Shown piece after piece: positions 38,657 through 52,122 of a DNA stretch of 64,000 bases. Position numbers and translations under genes: made by a program. The stretch lies in contig NC_087436.1 in NCBI RefSeq assembly GCF_036321535.1, positions 25,484,001 through 25,548,000 on the forward strand. Direction: 5' to 3'. The notes beneath the pieces are model-generated. The model did not search any database. It was not told the DNA's origin and saw only the letters and a program-made list of their open reading frames with translations. How positions within the stretch are numbered: position 1 is the first letter of the stretch; each line of letters opens with the position of its first letter. This stretch comes from Camelus dromedarius (Eukaryota).

Positions 38657-38815
38657 AATTTTTTTAATTTTTAAATTTTTCTACTGAAGTGTAGTTGATT
38701 TACAATGTTTCTTTCTTTCTTTTTTTTTTTTCCTTAATGATGGTATTGGGGATTGAACCCAGGACCTAGGGCATGCTAAGCATTTGCTCTACCACTGAGC
38801 TATACTCTCTCCTCC
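38657..38815 (-). mobile_element. tRNA-derived SINE (Vic-1-like) with an L1-3'-like tail inside one TSD
   Basis: Reverse complement reads ...tatagctcagtggtagagc (A box)...gggttcaatcccc (B box), A-rich linker, aacattgtaaatcaactacacttcag, A-rich tail. TSD aaatggtaatg(c)tttt at 38642 and 38816. Confidence 0.88.
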
Positions 38816-39004
38816 AAATGGTAATGCTTTTAAAAGTTCAATTATAAATTCATTTTCTATTATGGAAAGAATATAATCATCCTATAAACTGATAAAAATA
38901 GAAATGACATGAATAGTCTTATTTCACTGGGTCCATCTCTAAACTTTTGATCATACTTTGAGAGGTCTAAGACTCATCCTTTCTGTTCCTAACAAATACC
39001 ATGG

Positions 39005-39485
39005 GTATTAGTTTCCTATTGATGTTATAACAAATTGCCACACTCTGAGTGGCTTAAAAATAAATTTTTTTTTTTGTCTCAAAAAGATTAAAATGTAAGG
39101 AGGATCTGCAGGGTTGCAGTCCTTCCACAGATCCTAGGGGGAAAATCTATTTCCTTTTGCAGATTCTAGAGGCTGCCTACATTCCTTGGCTTTAGCCTCT
39201 TTCTCCATCTTCAAACCTGCAGTGGATCTTCGAATTTCTCTGTTTTTTTTTTGCATCTGTCATCACATCATCTTCGATCTGGTTCTAATCTTCTTGCCTC
39301 CCTCCCAACAGGACCCTTGTGAATATTTTGGACCCACCAGGATAATCTAGAATAATCCCCCATCTCAAAATCCTTAATTTAATCACACATGCAAAATCAC
39401 TTTTACCATGTAAAGGAGCATGTTCACAGGTTCTGGGGACCAGGATGTCAATATTGTTGGGAGATCATGATTCAGCCTATCACAC
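39005..39485 (-). mobile_element. MaLR solo LTR (MLT1C/D-like)
   Basis: gtattagtttcctattg..g.tataacaaattgccac...ataatccccatctcaaaatccttaatttaatcaca...attcagcctatcaca. Confidence 0.82.
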
Positions 39486-39574
39486 TCTAGTTTCTTCTGG
39501 AACCAATGAGCAGCTAAGCAAATAATCCATATATGAACAATCCTAAATTTACAAGTTAGCAAGATTTGAAAATA

Positions 39575-39958
39575 ATTGTTCCTTCTTGTTGCAGATTTGC
39601 TTCCCCAGGAAACTGCTTTCAAGATATGTGCCGGGGGGAAGTATATTGAAAATATGCTAGAGAACAACTTCTTTGAGATTAAGGAAAGTGAGATTAGTCA
39701 CAAATTAAGCTGTGATACAATTGTAACAGGGACCTCAAACAACCTCATAGAGAGCTCTGAAGGGGCAATGCATGGGGGTCATTAGTGCAATTGTTGGAAG
39801 GGAATGGGCAGGGAGAAAACCCCTGAGTAACTGCTTCTGTTTACAGAGGAACACAGCTGTGACATGTTGACAGCCTACAATGCAAGCAGCTAGGGACTGA
39901 GAGCCTTAGCTTGGTTCTGAAAGGGGATCTGGTTAGCTCATTAGAGCAACCACTATAT
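39575..39958. mobile_element. Old MaLR LTR remnant
   Basis: ggaaagtgag...ttaagctgtgat...agctctgaag...agctgtgac...ctgagagcctt, typical of ancient MLT1 LTRs. Confidence 0.45.
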
Positions 39959-41197
39959 TGTTCTTCTATCAAGGGTTGAATCCATGAGTATTCAAAAATA
40001 CATAAATAGCTAGCCACCTCATTACCTTCCTTTATGGTGTCTAGGGTACCATTTTTCTCTTTCTCCTTCCTCTCAAGGTAATGAGCCCCCCAAAGGAAAG
40101 TTCATTCTTAGTGTCAGCCACTTTAATAGGCAAGTGCCTGACCTCTGTCCTGATCCTACAAATTCCATTTTCTAGAAACTACTTCCTCTTTTTCTTTGTT
40201 TTCACACAGAATTGTGGAAGATGACATGGCTTTCTATCTAACCTGACTATTCTACTGAATTGCTACAAGTTTCCTCATGTACTATGCTTTCCCATTAGCT
40301 TCTGGTTAAATCTCCTCTATACAACTCAATCACCTACTCATTCATTGAGTCATATCTTCATTCCTTCATTCAACAAATATATAATGTTCACCAAATAAGG
40401 GTCAGGTTTGGTGAATAAAACAAATATACTCAGTCTCTTCATGGGTATTATTTTTAAGGGAGATTCACAACAATAACAACAAAAATCGGAGGACTTTCCT
40501 AGGATGTAAAAACCTGAAAAGAGGATTGCTTCCACTCTGATAACAATATAGCATTAGATGATATACAAAATCACAGCTTTTTTTGAACCTCTCAGAGAGC
40601 TGTGGTTGCAAGGCAGCCAACTAAGCCAATAATAAGGAAAAGCAGACATTTCCAAGGAGACACAGGAGGTTAGCATTTGCTTACCTGGAGTAAACATGGG
40701 ACACCTTGGAGACCAATAAGAACTCACTCAAAATTTTTAATAAATGGCTAAAGCTTGAGTATGGGTGAATGCGAGAATATAGAAGTATTGGAAGCCACAC
40801 ACACACACACACAAGGGGAGTTTTGACAAACTCACAGGTTCTTCCCAAAAGACCTCACTATAAGCTCATGATAGCTTGGGCCTATTTCTTGGGGAATGCT
40901 TTTTCTGGTGTATTCCTAGGAAGGATATACATCTAGCTTCCATATCCTCTATGAACCAAAAGCCTTCAATCAGCAAAAGTTGGGTAGCAAATCGTATCAC
41001 CTTTAGGGTAAGGGTGAAGACCATTCCAGCTGGGGGAAAAGAACAGAAAATAATTCTTTCTACCCTTAGGGAAGGGGCAGGAATACATCTTGGGCCCAGA
41101 TAAATAGCAGTCTCCCACAACAGATGAAGATTGGTAAGAGAACTGAAAAGGCTCCACAATCAAAAATCAGGGACATGGTGCCTATCCATGCATCCAT

Positions 41198-41685
41198 CTA
41201 TCTGTTATTTAAGTATAGTCAGTTCACAACGTTGTGTCAATTTCTGGTGTACAGCATAATGTTTCAGTCATTCATTTACATACATATATTTATATTTTCA
41301 TATTTTTTATTACAGGTTACTGTAAGATATTGAACATAGTTCCCTGTGTTATACAGTAGGACCTTGTTGTTTATCTATTTTATATAGAGTAGTTTGTATC
41401 TGCAAATCCCTAACCCCCAATTTATCCCTCCACCCCATTTCTTCCATCCCCTCTTTGGTAACCGTAAGTTTGGCTTCTATGTCTGTGAGTCTATGTCTGT
41501 TTGTAGATAAGTTCATTTGTGTCATTTGTTAAAGATTCCATGTAAGTGGTATCATACGGTATTTTTCTTTCTCTTTCTGACTTACTTGACTTAGAATGAC
41601 GATCTCCAGGTCCATCTATGTTGCTGCAAATGGCATTATTTTATTCTTTTTATGGCTAAGTAGTATTCCATTGTACAAATATACC
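41198..41685 (-). mobile_element. Camelid-type L1 3' end
   Basis: ttaagtatagtcagttcacaacgttgtgtcaatttctggtgtacagc...ccaggtccatctatgttgctgcaaatggc. Confidence 0.9.
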
Positions 41686-41959
41686 AAATAGAGGTGACCC
41701 AGGACAACCGAGAACCACTCCCTTTTCCTCTACCAGCCAGTTAATAATCTGAGTTATAAATAATAGCAGTCCACTGCTAAAGAAGGTCAAGAGCATGGAG
41801 AAAGACCCTCTCTGAAGTGTAACTGAAGGGGAAGATTTAAAGCTATAGATGGAACAGATATTGAGAAAAACCTGCCAAACCCATCTTGCTCCAAATACAA
41901 GAAATAAGCACTAGACAAATGGGAAGCCTCTGATGTATTGTAGATAACATAGGATGGGA

Positions 41960-42532
41960 GATAGAATCCTAAATTTGTCCCTCAACATCCTGAAGTCATA
42001 GGGATTTTTGTGTTGACTTTGAAGGAGCAAACTGCCATGGTTTGCAGGGGAAGGCAAGCACTTCCAGCTGCTAAGAATGGCCCCCAGTTAACAGACACCA
42101 AGAAAGTAAGAACCTCAGTCCTATAGTCATGAGAAATTGTTTCTGCCAACACCTGAATAGACCAGAGCCTGAAATGCAACTGTAGCTTTGGCAAAAAGTG
42201 TGATTTCAGCCTGATGACCCTGAGCAGACGCTGCATCTGCACTTGTGACCAAAGGAACTAGGAGATAATAAATGTGCGTTTTGTTTTCACCTCCATTTTT
42301 TATCACCTTCAGTTGCATAGGCTCTAATCAGCTCCTTAAGGGAATGAAAATCCTTGGCTTCAACAGATGGTGAACATAACATAAAATTAACATTTTAAGG
42401 GGCACAGTTTAGTGGTATTTAGTTTATTTATAATATTATGCAACCACAACCTCTTTTTAGTTCCAAAAATGAGTGTCATTTTAAGTCACTAGGTTTGTGG
42501 TAACCTGTTAAGCAGCAACAGAAAGCTAACAC
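41960..42532 (+). mobile_element. MaLR LTR remnant (MLT1-type) with internal fragment
   Basis: gaaggagcaaactgccatg...tctgccaacacctgaat...ataataaatgtgcgttttgtttt...tttgtggtaacctgttaagcagcaacagaaagctaacaca. Confidence 0.65.
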
Positions 42533-42639
42533 AGATTTGGGGGCCCAATATGCACTGCTGGATGGATGATGGATCAAATCAAAGAAATAAAGGTACTGAA
42601 GGTAGCAGGAATTCATGTAAATATAAAACAAAAATTTAA

Positions 42640-43520
42640 CTGCTATAGAACATAACTAAAACAAAAAGGAAAGCGATTTACTGTAAACTGATAACATTTA
42701 TATGAGTAAAATATATGACAACAACAGTATAAAGGATGGGAGGAAGGAGTTAGGAATATGCTGTGTAAGGTCCTTACAGTATAAGGTCTTTTTTTTAAAC
42801 TGAAGTATAGTCAGTTTACAATGTTGTGTCAATTTCTGGTGTATAGCATAATGCTTCAGTCATACATATACATACCTATTCTTTTTCATTATAGGCCATT
42901 ACAAGATATTGAATATAGTTCCCTGTGCTATTGCTGTGTGACATGTTATCAGCTAACTTGTTTCAATCTACTCCTAATTTAACAAATATATTGTACACTC
43001 TAAGGCAGAAAACTTTTTCATGAAATGCATGAATAACAACAGTGGAAAAAATAAAATCATGAAAACTCATCAATCCAAAAGAAGGCAGAAATGGAGGGGT
43101 GGACAACAGATGAACAGATAGAAAATAGCTACCAAGATGGGCATTAATATCGACATTAAATATAAATGCTGTGAACACACCAAATAAAAGAGACTCAAAG
43201 AGATACTATCTACAACTAGCCTAATTTAAATGGAATTGAAAAAAAATTTAAATATCATGTAAATGTAAATCAAAAGAAAGCTGGAGTGGCCATATTAACA
43301 TCACACAAGGAATATTACCAGAATAGAGGGGGACATTATATAATAAAAAAAAAAATGGGTCAACTCATCAAGAAGACATAACAGATGAAAAAGTTTATGC
43401 GTATAAGAACAGAGCTTCAAAATATAAAGTAAAATAAAATAATAATAATAATAATAATAATAATATAATAAAAGAATTGAGAGAAGTAAACAAATCCATA
43501 ATTATATCTGGAATCTAATC
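42640..43520 (+). mobile_element. Old L1 intergenic/ORF2 5' remnant
   Basis: caaaagaaagctggagtggccatattaacatc, gggacattatataat, gggtcaactcatcaagaagacataac. Confidence 0.75.
42789..42931 (-). mobile_element. Short young L1 3' end
   Basis: T-run then ctgaagtatagtcagtttacaatgttgtgtc...gaatatagttccctgtgcta. Confidence 0.85.
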
Positions 43521-43911
43521 TTCTAAATATCTCAGGAAACTTTGCTTTAGGTAGTGTGTTCCTATGAAGGTCACCAATGGTTGTAAGTATTCAAAATGCA
43601 AATAGAATCTAAGCCTCCCCATGGCATGTATTTCTCTGACTCTCTCCACTCACAGTCACAACACTGTACCCGAGACATGGACAGTCTCGTCCAGTCCTAG
43701 CCAGGAGCAGAAGGCTCTCAAAGGAAGGATGAAATCAGAAATTCACAAAGGAAACCATCTTAGATACTCTAGAACAGTCTTTGGATTAGTGATATCTGAG
43801 TTTCTCATGGGCATTGGCATTCTTACAGTCAGAAAAAGTTCAATCAAATGCTATTTGTTATGTTTGAGGTAAATTCCACCATGATGCTGGATAATCCTTT
43901 CCTTCCCCTAT

Positions 43912-45318
43912 AGCACTCGTTCTCAGTTTTTTTAGTCTCAAAACCATTTGCACTCTTAAAAACTACTGAGTGTCCCAAATCGCAAAGAACTGTGTATGTA
44001 GGTTTTAGCTATCAATACTTAGTGTATTCTCAATCAGAAAATTGAGAAAACTTTAAAATACTTATTAACTTTAAGATAATAATAAATCCATGATATGTTA
44101 ATAAAAACTATGAAATAACTACATTTTTTCCTAACAAAAGTATCAGTGAGAAGAGTGGCACTGTTTTACAGTTATGTCAAATCCCTCTAATGGCTGGCTT
44201 AAAGCAGGAAATCTGGATTCCCAAATCTGCACTCAACCTGTTGTATACGTTGCTTTGGCTAAAGTGTATCAAGGAAACTCAGCCTTATGCAGATACGTAG
44301 TTGGAAAAGGGATGAGTATTTTAACAGACTTTTTAGATAATTGTGAATATTCTTCTTTGACAAGCAATAGTTTCTTAAGGATGAGCTCCGATGCGGAATC
44401 TGAAACCATCAGTGAATTTTTGTACTCTGTTACGTTAAAATCCATTCAATGCTCATGCATTTTGAATGGATCATCTGCCCATATACAGTTTTGTAATATC
44501 ATAAATTGGTCATTTGGAAAATTGATTCCTTATGCTATGTAGATATTCCAAATGTTGATAGATTTCTTTATACAATAATAATAAAAAACACATTTGCTAT
44601 CATCATCAGTCTCATCAGAAAGCCTTTAAACACTAGGAAGTTATCAAGCTTGTGGCGGCAGATACAAGCTTTCCAAAATTCCAATTTTCAATTGAAAGTT
44701 CAGATTTTATCACTGTTGCAAATATTGTCAAGCTATTTTCTTTGAAGTGACAGGCTCCGTGAATTTATTTTCAAGAAAATAATTAGCCAAATACCAAAGT
44801 CTGCAGAACCATCAGCTTGGAGTCATTCTTTCAAATAAAAATGGTGCCTTATGAAAAATGTGGCCAGTTCACCTCACTATTCAGACAATCATACAAGTGC
44901 TTTTCCTCAAGTCAACCAACATATTACCCTGCAGAGTGCTTTATGTGTTCTTCTCACTGTCACAGAGAACATTAAAAAGATGCATGCATAAGGGTTGAGA
45001 TTTAATCACATCAATATTTCTTACTACTTCATTGGGGCATTCGTAATTGAAATTGTTTTTTGTTTTGTTTTGTTTTATCTGCAAGTGCATGAACAATACC
45101 ATGATTCCTAGCAGCTCTGTACCACTGCCTTGGTTCTTGCTAAGGTAGCAGCAGTTTTACTGCGGATAATTCACTATTATTGCAAATGGCAACACAGTGA
45201 AAAAGTAAGTAACAATGCTATTGTAAAAGACTATTTTGATATCACAGATTACCTGAAAGAAAAAAAATGTTTGGACACCCCTAGCAGTCCATTGGAGTAC
45301 ACTGTGAGAATAACCGCC
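43912..45318. mobile_element. Charlie1-like hAT DNA transposon (~1.4 kb)
   Basis: Start gttctcagtttttttagtctc...cactcttaaaaactactgag; internal gtgagaagagtggcactgttttaca; end cacactgtgagaa-like terminal repeat. Confidence 0.82.
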
Positions 45319-45659
45319 TTACTTCAAATATATACTGGTGAAAATAAACTTTAGGGGTATACTGACTACAACTGTGAAGGTAAAAGGATGGCAGTGGTTA
45401 ATTTTATGAGTTAAGTCTACATTAATGTATTTTCTTAGTCACTTTGACTTAAAACTTTCAGTAATTAGTTGCTAATATTTGGCTCTGTAAAAGAAGAAAT
45501 ACACACTTCTTAAATAAAAGGGATAGCACACTTTTTAATCCTAAAGGTGAAACAAAGGAAAAGAGTTTATATCCCCCATCCAGCCCTCCTTCTCAATCTC
45601 ATCCTAATTTGGAATGGAGATTTAGCTGCTACAGATAGCATTATTGACACAAAGAGAAG

Positions 45660-46235
45660 ACTTGAATTATAATGTCCTTGAATTCAGTGAAGTCAGTCAG
45701 TTACAAGTAAATATAAAAAAGCTATCCTCCATATATACTAAGTATGAACAGTTAGAAAATATAACAGAAAAAAACAACCCTTTGACAACCCAATAAAAAT
45801 GTAAAATCCCTAGCAAGAAACATAATAAGAATATGCAAAACCTCTCTGAAGAAAACTACATTAATTTACAGCATAAAAAGACCTGACAACAGGTAGAGGC
45901 ATGCCATTCTATTAGGTGGAAAGAATAAACAATTGTACATAATGTAAATCTTGCTCTAATTGACTCAATCTCAATCAAAACCCAGAATGAAATTTCATTA
46001 ACTTCTCTTTTGAATTTGACAACACGATTTTAAGTTTCTTTAATAGAATAAATATGCGAAAATAGCCAGAATAGTTTTGACAAAGCAGAGAATATTCATT
46101 TACTAAAGATCTGCATGTCAAAGCTACAACCATTGAAATGTGAGGTACTGGGGCAAGGTTAAACATGTTAACCAATGCCACAGAACTCAGAGTCAAGAAA
46201 TCGACCTAAGTTACATAATAAATGTTGTCATGAAG
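45660..46235 (+). mobile_element. Old L1ME-like ORF2 remnant
   Basis: gaattcagtgaagt, gaatatgcaaaacctctctgaagaaaactaca, aaaatagccagaa. Confidence 0.65.
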
Positions 46236-46249
46236 ATGATGATCATTAA

Positions 46250-46400
46250 AATAATAGTGCATGCTGAGTGTTTATTATAGGCTGTATACTATTCTAAGTG
46301 CTTAATATATATTAACTCATTTAGTCCACTCTGAAACCATGTGAGGTAGGTATCATTATTTCCTCACTTTAGAGATGAGTTTTCTGAGTTTAGCAAATTG
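46250..46400 (-). mobile_element. MIR fragment
   Basis: actattctaagtgctt...attaactcattta...gtgaggtaggtatcattatt..ctcactttagagatgag. Confidence 0.75.
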
Positions 46401-47089
46401 AAAATGATTGAATAACCAATTTGGGAAAACTGATTTACTGTTAAGAAAGAAATAAAGTCAGAAGTTTTTGGTTTTTTTTTTTAATATATCTACTCTAAAA
46501 TACATTTCAAATGGGTTATATTAAATCTAAAAAACAATTGACAGAACTTTAAAAACATGGTGGGCTATTTACATGAACTAATAGCAAAAAATACCTCTTT
46601 AAGCATGATACCAGAGACATAATGCAAAAAGATAGTAAATTTAGGCAAATTATATTTTTATTTCTATCTTCAGGCAAAAATTTAAGGATAGATAATACCC
46701 AGAATGGTAGAGTTATAGAGAAATGTATAACCTCTTTCCTGCTAGAGGAATGATAGAACAATAGACTTAAACATATCTGTACACTTTAAGCCAATGATTT
46801 TATTTCTAGAAAATTTTTACTAGGAATTATAAAAATGAAGAAGCATGAATATATGAAAGATATTCATAAATATTTTTATAAGCATAATACATTAGATATA
46901 ATGTAAATATTCTGTAACAGTGGCTTATTGAAATAGAAATTACAGTATATTCATTTAGGCATTTTGATGATGCTTGTATTTATGGGCATGGAAAGATGTT
47001 CTATGGTGTATTAAATGGAAAAATGCACATTAATTGTATGAATAATTTGATCCTATGTTTATTACAGATACACACACACCCCTTCTAAA

Positions 47090-47268
47090 ACAGAGATGCT
47101 TAACCTTTGATGCAAGTTAGAATCACCTGGAGAGATTATTAAAAATCCAGTTACCAAGACTTAATTCAGACCAATTTAATCAGACTTTCTGGAGGTGAGA
47201 TAAAAGTCAGTAATATTTTAATACTTCTAAGATAATTCCAATATGCAGCCAAGTTTAAGAAATGGATA
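47090..47268. mobile_element. MER5-like hAT MITE
   Basis: ttagaatcacctggagag...taatcaga...gataattccaatatgcagccaagtttaagaa. Confidence 0.75.
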
Positions 47269-47409
47269 CAGAACCATCTGCTAAGTTCTTAGCTATGAAT
47301 GTCTTAATGGGATAGAATTACAATAAAGTTTATATGTTCTTTTTATGTATGTTTTCAATTTAATGTATGAATTAATTGAATGCTGATAATGGTATGGGTA
47401 TATTGATAT

Positions 47410-47757
47410 GTATAAGAGGAGATGGACTCCATTATTTTGATGTCTGACTTTGACAGCTTTAAGCCTCACCCCTCCCTCTTCTCCCTGGCATCCCACATCT
47501 GATCAAGCTGATAAGGAGACGTGCGTTGCCATCCTTTGGCACAGGTGAGAGACTCAAACTATGCAAGCCTCCTCTCACAGGTGAACCCCAACTTCAGCCC
47601 TATCCTGTAAAGATGATAAAAACCCAAGCCAATCTCCTTTCTTTGCTTTCTCAAGCCATTTCAGACCTGCTTGAGAGACTACCCTATACTCCCCAGGGGC
47701 TGCAATTATGTAAAGTAATCAATTTTTCATTTTTTCATGTGTGTGGCATCATCAGTC
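47410..47757 (+). mobile_element. ERV1-type LTR (MER39-like), cut by an L1 insertion
   Basis: gactccattattttgatgtctgac..tgacagctttaagcctcacccctccctc...caagctgataag...gtgtggcatcatcagtct. Confidence 0.65.
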
Positions 47758-49113
47758 TTTTTTTAGATTTCAATATAAGTGATATCATATAATATTTTTC
47801 TGGCTTACTTCACTTAGAATGACAATCTCCAGGTCCATCCATGTTTCTGGAAATGGCATTGTTTTATTATTTTTTATGGCTGAGTAGTATTCCACTGCAC
47901 AAATGTACGACAACTTCTTTATCCAGTCATCTATCAATGGACATTTAGGTTGTTTCCATGTCTTGACTATTGTAAATAAGGCTGCTATGAACACTGGGGT
48001 GCATATATCTTTTATATTAGATTTAATAGAATCCATATCAAATTACCCAGGACATTTTTCACAGAACTAGAATAATCCTAAAATTTATAATGGAATCACA
48101 TAATACCCATAATTGCTAAAGCAATACTGAAGAAAGAATGAAGCTGGAGGAATAACCCTTCCAAGCTTCAGACAATACTACAGAGCTAGAGTAATGAAGA
48201 CAGCATGGTATTGGTACAAAAACAGACATATGGATTAATGGAACAAAATAGAGCCCCAAAATAAACCCACAGACTTTCAGTCAATCTTTGACAAAGGAGG
48301 CAAGAACATACAATGGAGTAAAGACAGGCTCTTCAGCAAATGGTGCTGGGAAAACTAGACAGCTGCATGTAAACAATGAAGTTAAAATACTACTTCACAC
48401 CACACACTAAAATACACTCAAAATGACTTAAAGACTTAAGCATAAATCAAACACTATAAACGTCTTGGAAGAAAACATAGGCAAAACATTATCTGACATA
48501 AATCTCAGAAACGTTGTCCTAGGGCAGTCTACCCAGGCAATAGAAATAAAAGCAAAAATAAACAAATAGGACCTAATTAAACTTACCAGCTTTTGCACAG
48601 CGAAGGAAACCAAATGCAAAACAAAAGGACAACCCAAGGAATTGGAGAAAATATTTGCAACAGATGAGACTGACAAGGGCTTAATATCCAGAATATATAA
48701 ACAGCTCACACAACTTAATATTAAAAAAAAAAAAAACCAATCCAAAAATGGGCAGAAGACCTAAACAAGCAACTCTCCAATGAAGACATACAAATGGGCA
48801 TTAGGCACATGAAAAAATGTTCAATATGACTAATTATCAGAGAAATGCAAATCAAAACTACAATGAGGTATCACCTCACACCAGTCAGAATGGCCATCAT
48901 TAAAAAATCCACAAACAATAAATGCTGGAGAGGGTGTGGAGGAAAGAGAACCCTCCTACACTGTTGGTAGGAGTAGTAATGATACAGCTGTTATGGAAAA
49001 CATTGTGGAGATTCCCCCAAAAAAGTAAAAACAGACTTACCATATGATCCAGCAATCCGACTCCCGGGCATATATCTGGCAGGAACTTTAATTTGAAAAG
49101 ATAGCATGCACTC
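47758..49113 (-). mobile_element. Young L1 with 5' inversion (twin priming)
   Basis: Minus-strand 3' part at 47758-48011 (ICTPVFIAALFTIVKTWKQPKCP) and plus-strand ORF2 part at ~48012-49113, both terminating at aaagata..tgcac.cc. Confidence 0.85.
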
Positions 49114-49527
49114 CTCTTGGGTTTTGATGCCATGACAAGAAGTTGACTGAAATTTCAAAATATCAGTTTTAGGGCTTCAGAGTTGATTATATTTTTATAT
49201 CTTCTCTAGAAGAGTCACTTCTACCATAGTTTTGACCAAATTTCCTTTTGTTTTAAGCAGCCAGTCTTTAGCTATGTCTCTTTTATACTCATCTTGCCAT
49301 GCACCTGGCAATATTATTGAATTTGAGAATCTTTTTATATTCATTAGCCATTAGTTAGCCTTCTTTATAATCTTTTATATCTATACATATTTTAGTACCT
49401 AGAATGATTTTAAAAATCTATATTCTCCTTAATTATATTAAATAATTTACAACACTAAAAGTCCTAAATAATTATTAGTTTTATAGTTTCATAATAAGCT
49501 CTTGAGTAAATAAATTATAATCTGTGT

Positions 49528-49725
49528 CAGTGGTTGGCAACCTGTGGCCCACTGGCCAAATCTTGCTCTTGTGCATGAAATTTTATTGAACTCATCTGTT
49601 TGTGTTTTTTGTGACTGCTTCTGCGTTACAACAGGAGAGTTGAATAGTTGTGACAGAGCCCATATGGTCTGCAAAGCGTAAAATATTTACTATCTGTTCC
49701 TCTATAGAAAAGTTTGCTGACCTTG
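49528..49725 (+). mobile_element. MER58A-like hAT MITE, near full length
   Basis: cagtggttggcaacctgtggccc...gagttgaatagttgtgacagag..catatgg..tgcaaagc.taaaatatttactatctg...aaagtttgctgacc.tg. Confidence 0.88.
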
Positions 49726-49844
49726 ATCTAGGTTACTGTGAAACAGCTAGAGGTTCTAAGACTTTCCACAGTAAAAACTACTAAAACAAACAGGAATAAT
49801 AAAACATTTTAAAATATTTCGTAAGTGAAAAAAGTTGTAAGAAC

Positions 49845-50470
49845 TGTGGTGGCCTGGAAGGGGACTGAGACATTTTATGTTTACCATGAAACATAGAATG
49901 CTACGTAAATACCCGTTTTTCACTCACAAAACCCTACAACCCCATGTCTTCCTGTTATGTTTTCAAAGGCAAACTTTCTACAATAAATTCTGGAGGAAAT
50001 AGGAATTTTTTTTGTCATATTCTCTTCTTAATCCAGATTAAGTCCCATGTTTCCCTAAGTCTGGTTTCCGATAGTCTTGGCTCTGTTAAAGAATATTTTC
50101 TTAAGGTAAAATTGTGGTTCTCTTAGAAATATAAAGTAAACATATATCAAATATTTAACTCAATTAATGAGAGAACTTGTAAGATGTTATTACCTATTCA
50201 AAGGAGAATTTTAAAAATTGGTATGCAGTAAAGAAATGCTAAAATTTACTTTAAAAAGATGCAAAACAGTCTAGCCACAGGCAAGAATCAATTGCATGCT
50301 ACTGGGCACAACAAACATACATTTCTATGACTAGGAATCGTCTGCATTAGTATCTGTTTTCTACAACTAACAGCGCTGTAAAATAGCTCCGAAGCCATGA
50401 AAGGCAAGGATCACCCAGATGGAGCAACCAGATAGGACTCCTGCCAGTCCTTTTTGGCCCATTTTAAATT
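49845..50470 (-). mobile_element. Probable old ERV LTR remnant
   Basis: LTR-like motifs (caattaatgagagaac, caagaatcaattgcatgctactgggcac, aaggatcacccagatgg); family uncertain. Confidence 0.4.
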
Positions 50471-51625
50471 CACAATTTTTCCTGACAGCTCAAATGCTCC
50501 ATTTCTCCTTGCCTGTTTTATTAACAATACGGAATCCTACTTTTTTCATTTGTTCCTGAAATACTGTGGTTCTCTGAAGGGATATACAACACTTTGGGGA
50601 CTAATGCTAATGTAGCTGTATAACAAAAGCACAGAAAAGGAGAACCTTAACATTTAGTATTATGTATTACTAGCCAAAGACGTAGGCCACTCTTCTCTGT
50701 AGTTATTTCTAAAGTTTCTACTGTTAAACTATTCTCAACTATCTCTTCACTGTCAATGGCCTACAGAAATCCAATATTCCTTACTTTATTATGCAAATAA
50801 ACTGAGCATCCTCTTCATCTCATCCTTGGACCTGACTATGCCCAAGAGGACACAACTGGTCAATTGCAATTTTCCACTGAGATTGATTATTATGTTTTTC
50901 TAAATCAAAGAACCAAAGAACCAGCCCCTAGATGTAAAATTACGTCAGTTCTCTAGAGGACAAAAATGTCTTTAGTCAGTTTTTGGTTTTGATTCAACAG
51001 CAATTTCTTTCTCTGAGGTAATAGGTATTGTGTGGGGAAAAAAAAATAGGGTAAGGGCTATGGACAATTCTTGGAGCTGAGGCAGGTTTGCTGTTTGTAT
51101 TGAGCTGCTAAGGAAGACCTGGCAAGAGATTCTGATGAAGGGAAGGAGGATCTTTCCCCAGGTTTAAGACCAGCCAGTGAATAGTCCTTAATTGTCAGTG
51201 TAGTTGAGGAAAAGCAAAGAACCAAGTGCAGATGAGGAGAGTGAGTGAGGAGGCAAGTGTTAGAAGACAGAGAACATGGTAGAAGCCATCTCGTGTAGGG
51301 CCTCATTGCTAAGGTATCTGTAAGTCATAGTTTGTCCAGAAGAGTTAGAGTTTTGCCTATTTTCCAACTGAATTGTCTATTGCTTTCTTTTACTCCTCAA
51401 AGTATTTTGATTTAGATAAAAAATTACATACTCACCCTGCTTAAAAATAATAGCTAAAGTTTTTACAATGATACATAAGTGAAATCAAGAGCCACTGTCG
51501 AATTTCAAGCAGTGGGAAGACATGAAGCTATATACATTTTAAAAGAAGAAAATTTAAAAGTTAGGATATTTTCATAGATATTGAAATCCCCAACAATTAT
51601 GCCAGGAGGAAGAGTTATACTGAGC

Positions 51626-52122
51626 TGTAGAGGAGGAACATTGTCTTTCCTCTGTGTCTTAGGTTCTCAACTGTGTCTGCTACAAAAAAGATTAGCAAGA
51701 GAAAAGCATACGAATTTATTTAATATAATAAGTTTTATGTGACACAACGGGAGATTTCATAAGGAAATGAAGACCTGAATAAATGGTTAAATCTGAACAT
51801 CTTTATGCTCGGTTTGATGAAGAGTAGAAATCATGGAACAATGGGCTAGGACCAAGGGTCCCAGCTCAGTGTAGTGAACTGGGGGAACTTGGCAAATCCT
51901 GTTGGTTCCGTTTCCCTCAGCTCTTCCCCTTTTTGGAGAGAAGGACGCTGCATTCCTCCTGGGAGACGGAGGACACCTCTCACATCAGTCTTACAACCTG
52001 CTTCAGGAGAGAGGGTCAGAAAGCCCTTCCTCTACCTGCCATTTCTCAAATTCCCTCAACTTAAAGTATTCAATACGACAAGGCACCATATTTTGGGATG
52101 GTGTGTCCTGAATCCCGTCACA
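51626..52122 (-). mobile_element. ERV1-type LTR (MER4 group-like)
   Basis: tgtagagg start; reverse poly(A) signal tttatt at ~51715; aaatgaagacc; end caccatattttgggatggtgtgtcctgaatcccgtca. Confidence 0.7.

Noticed and set aside
38740..38815. tRNA gene
   Set aside because: A-rich tail, TSD and a non-pairing acceptor stem indicate a SINE.
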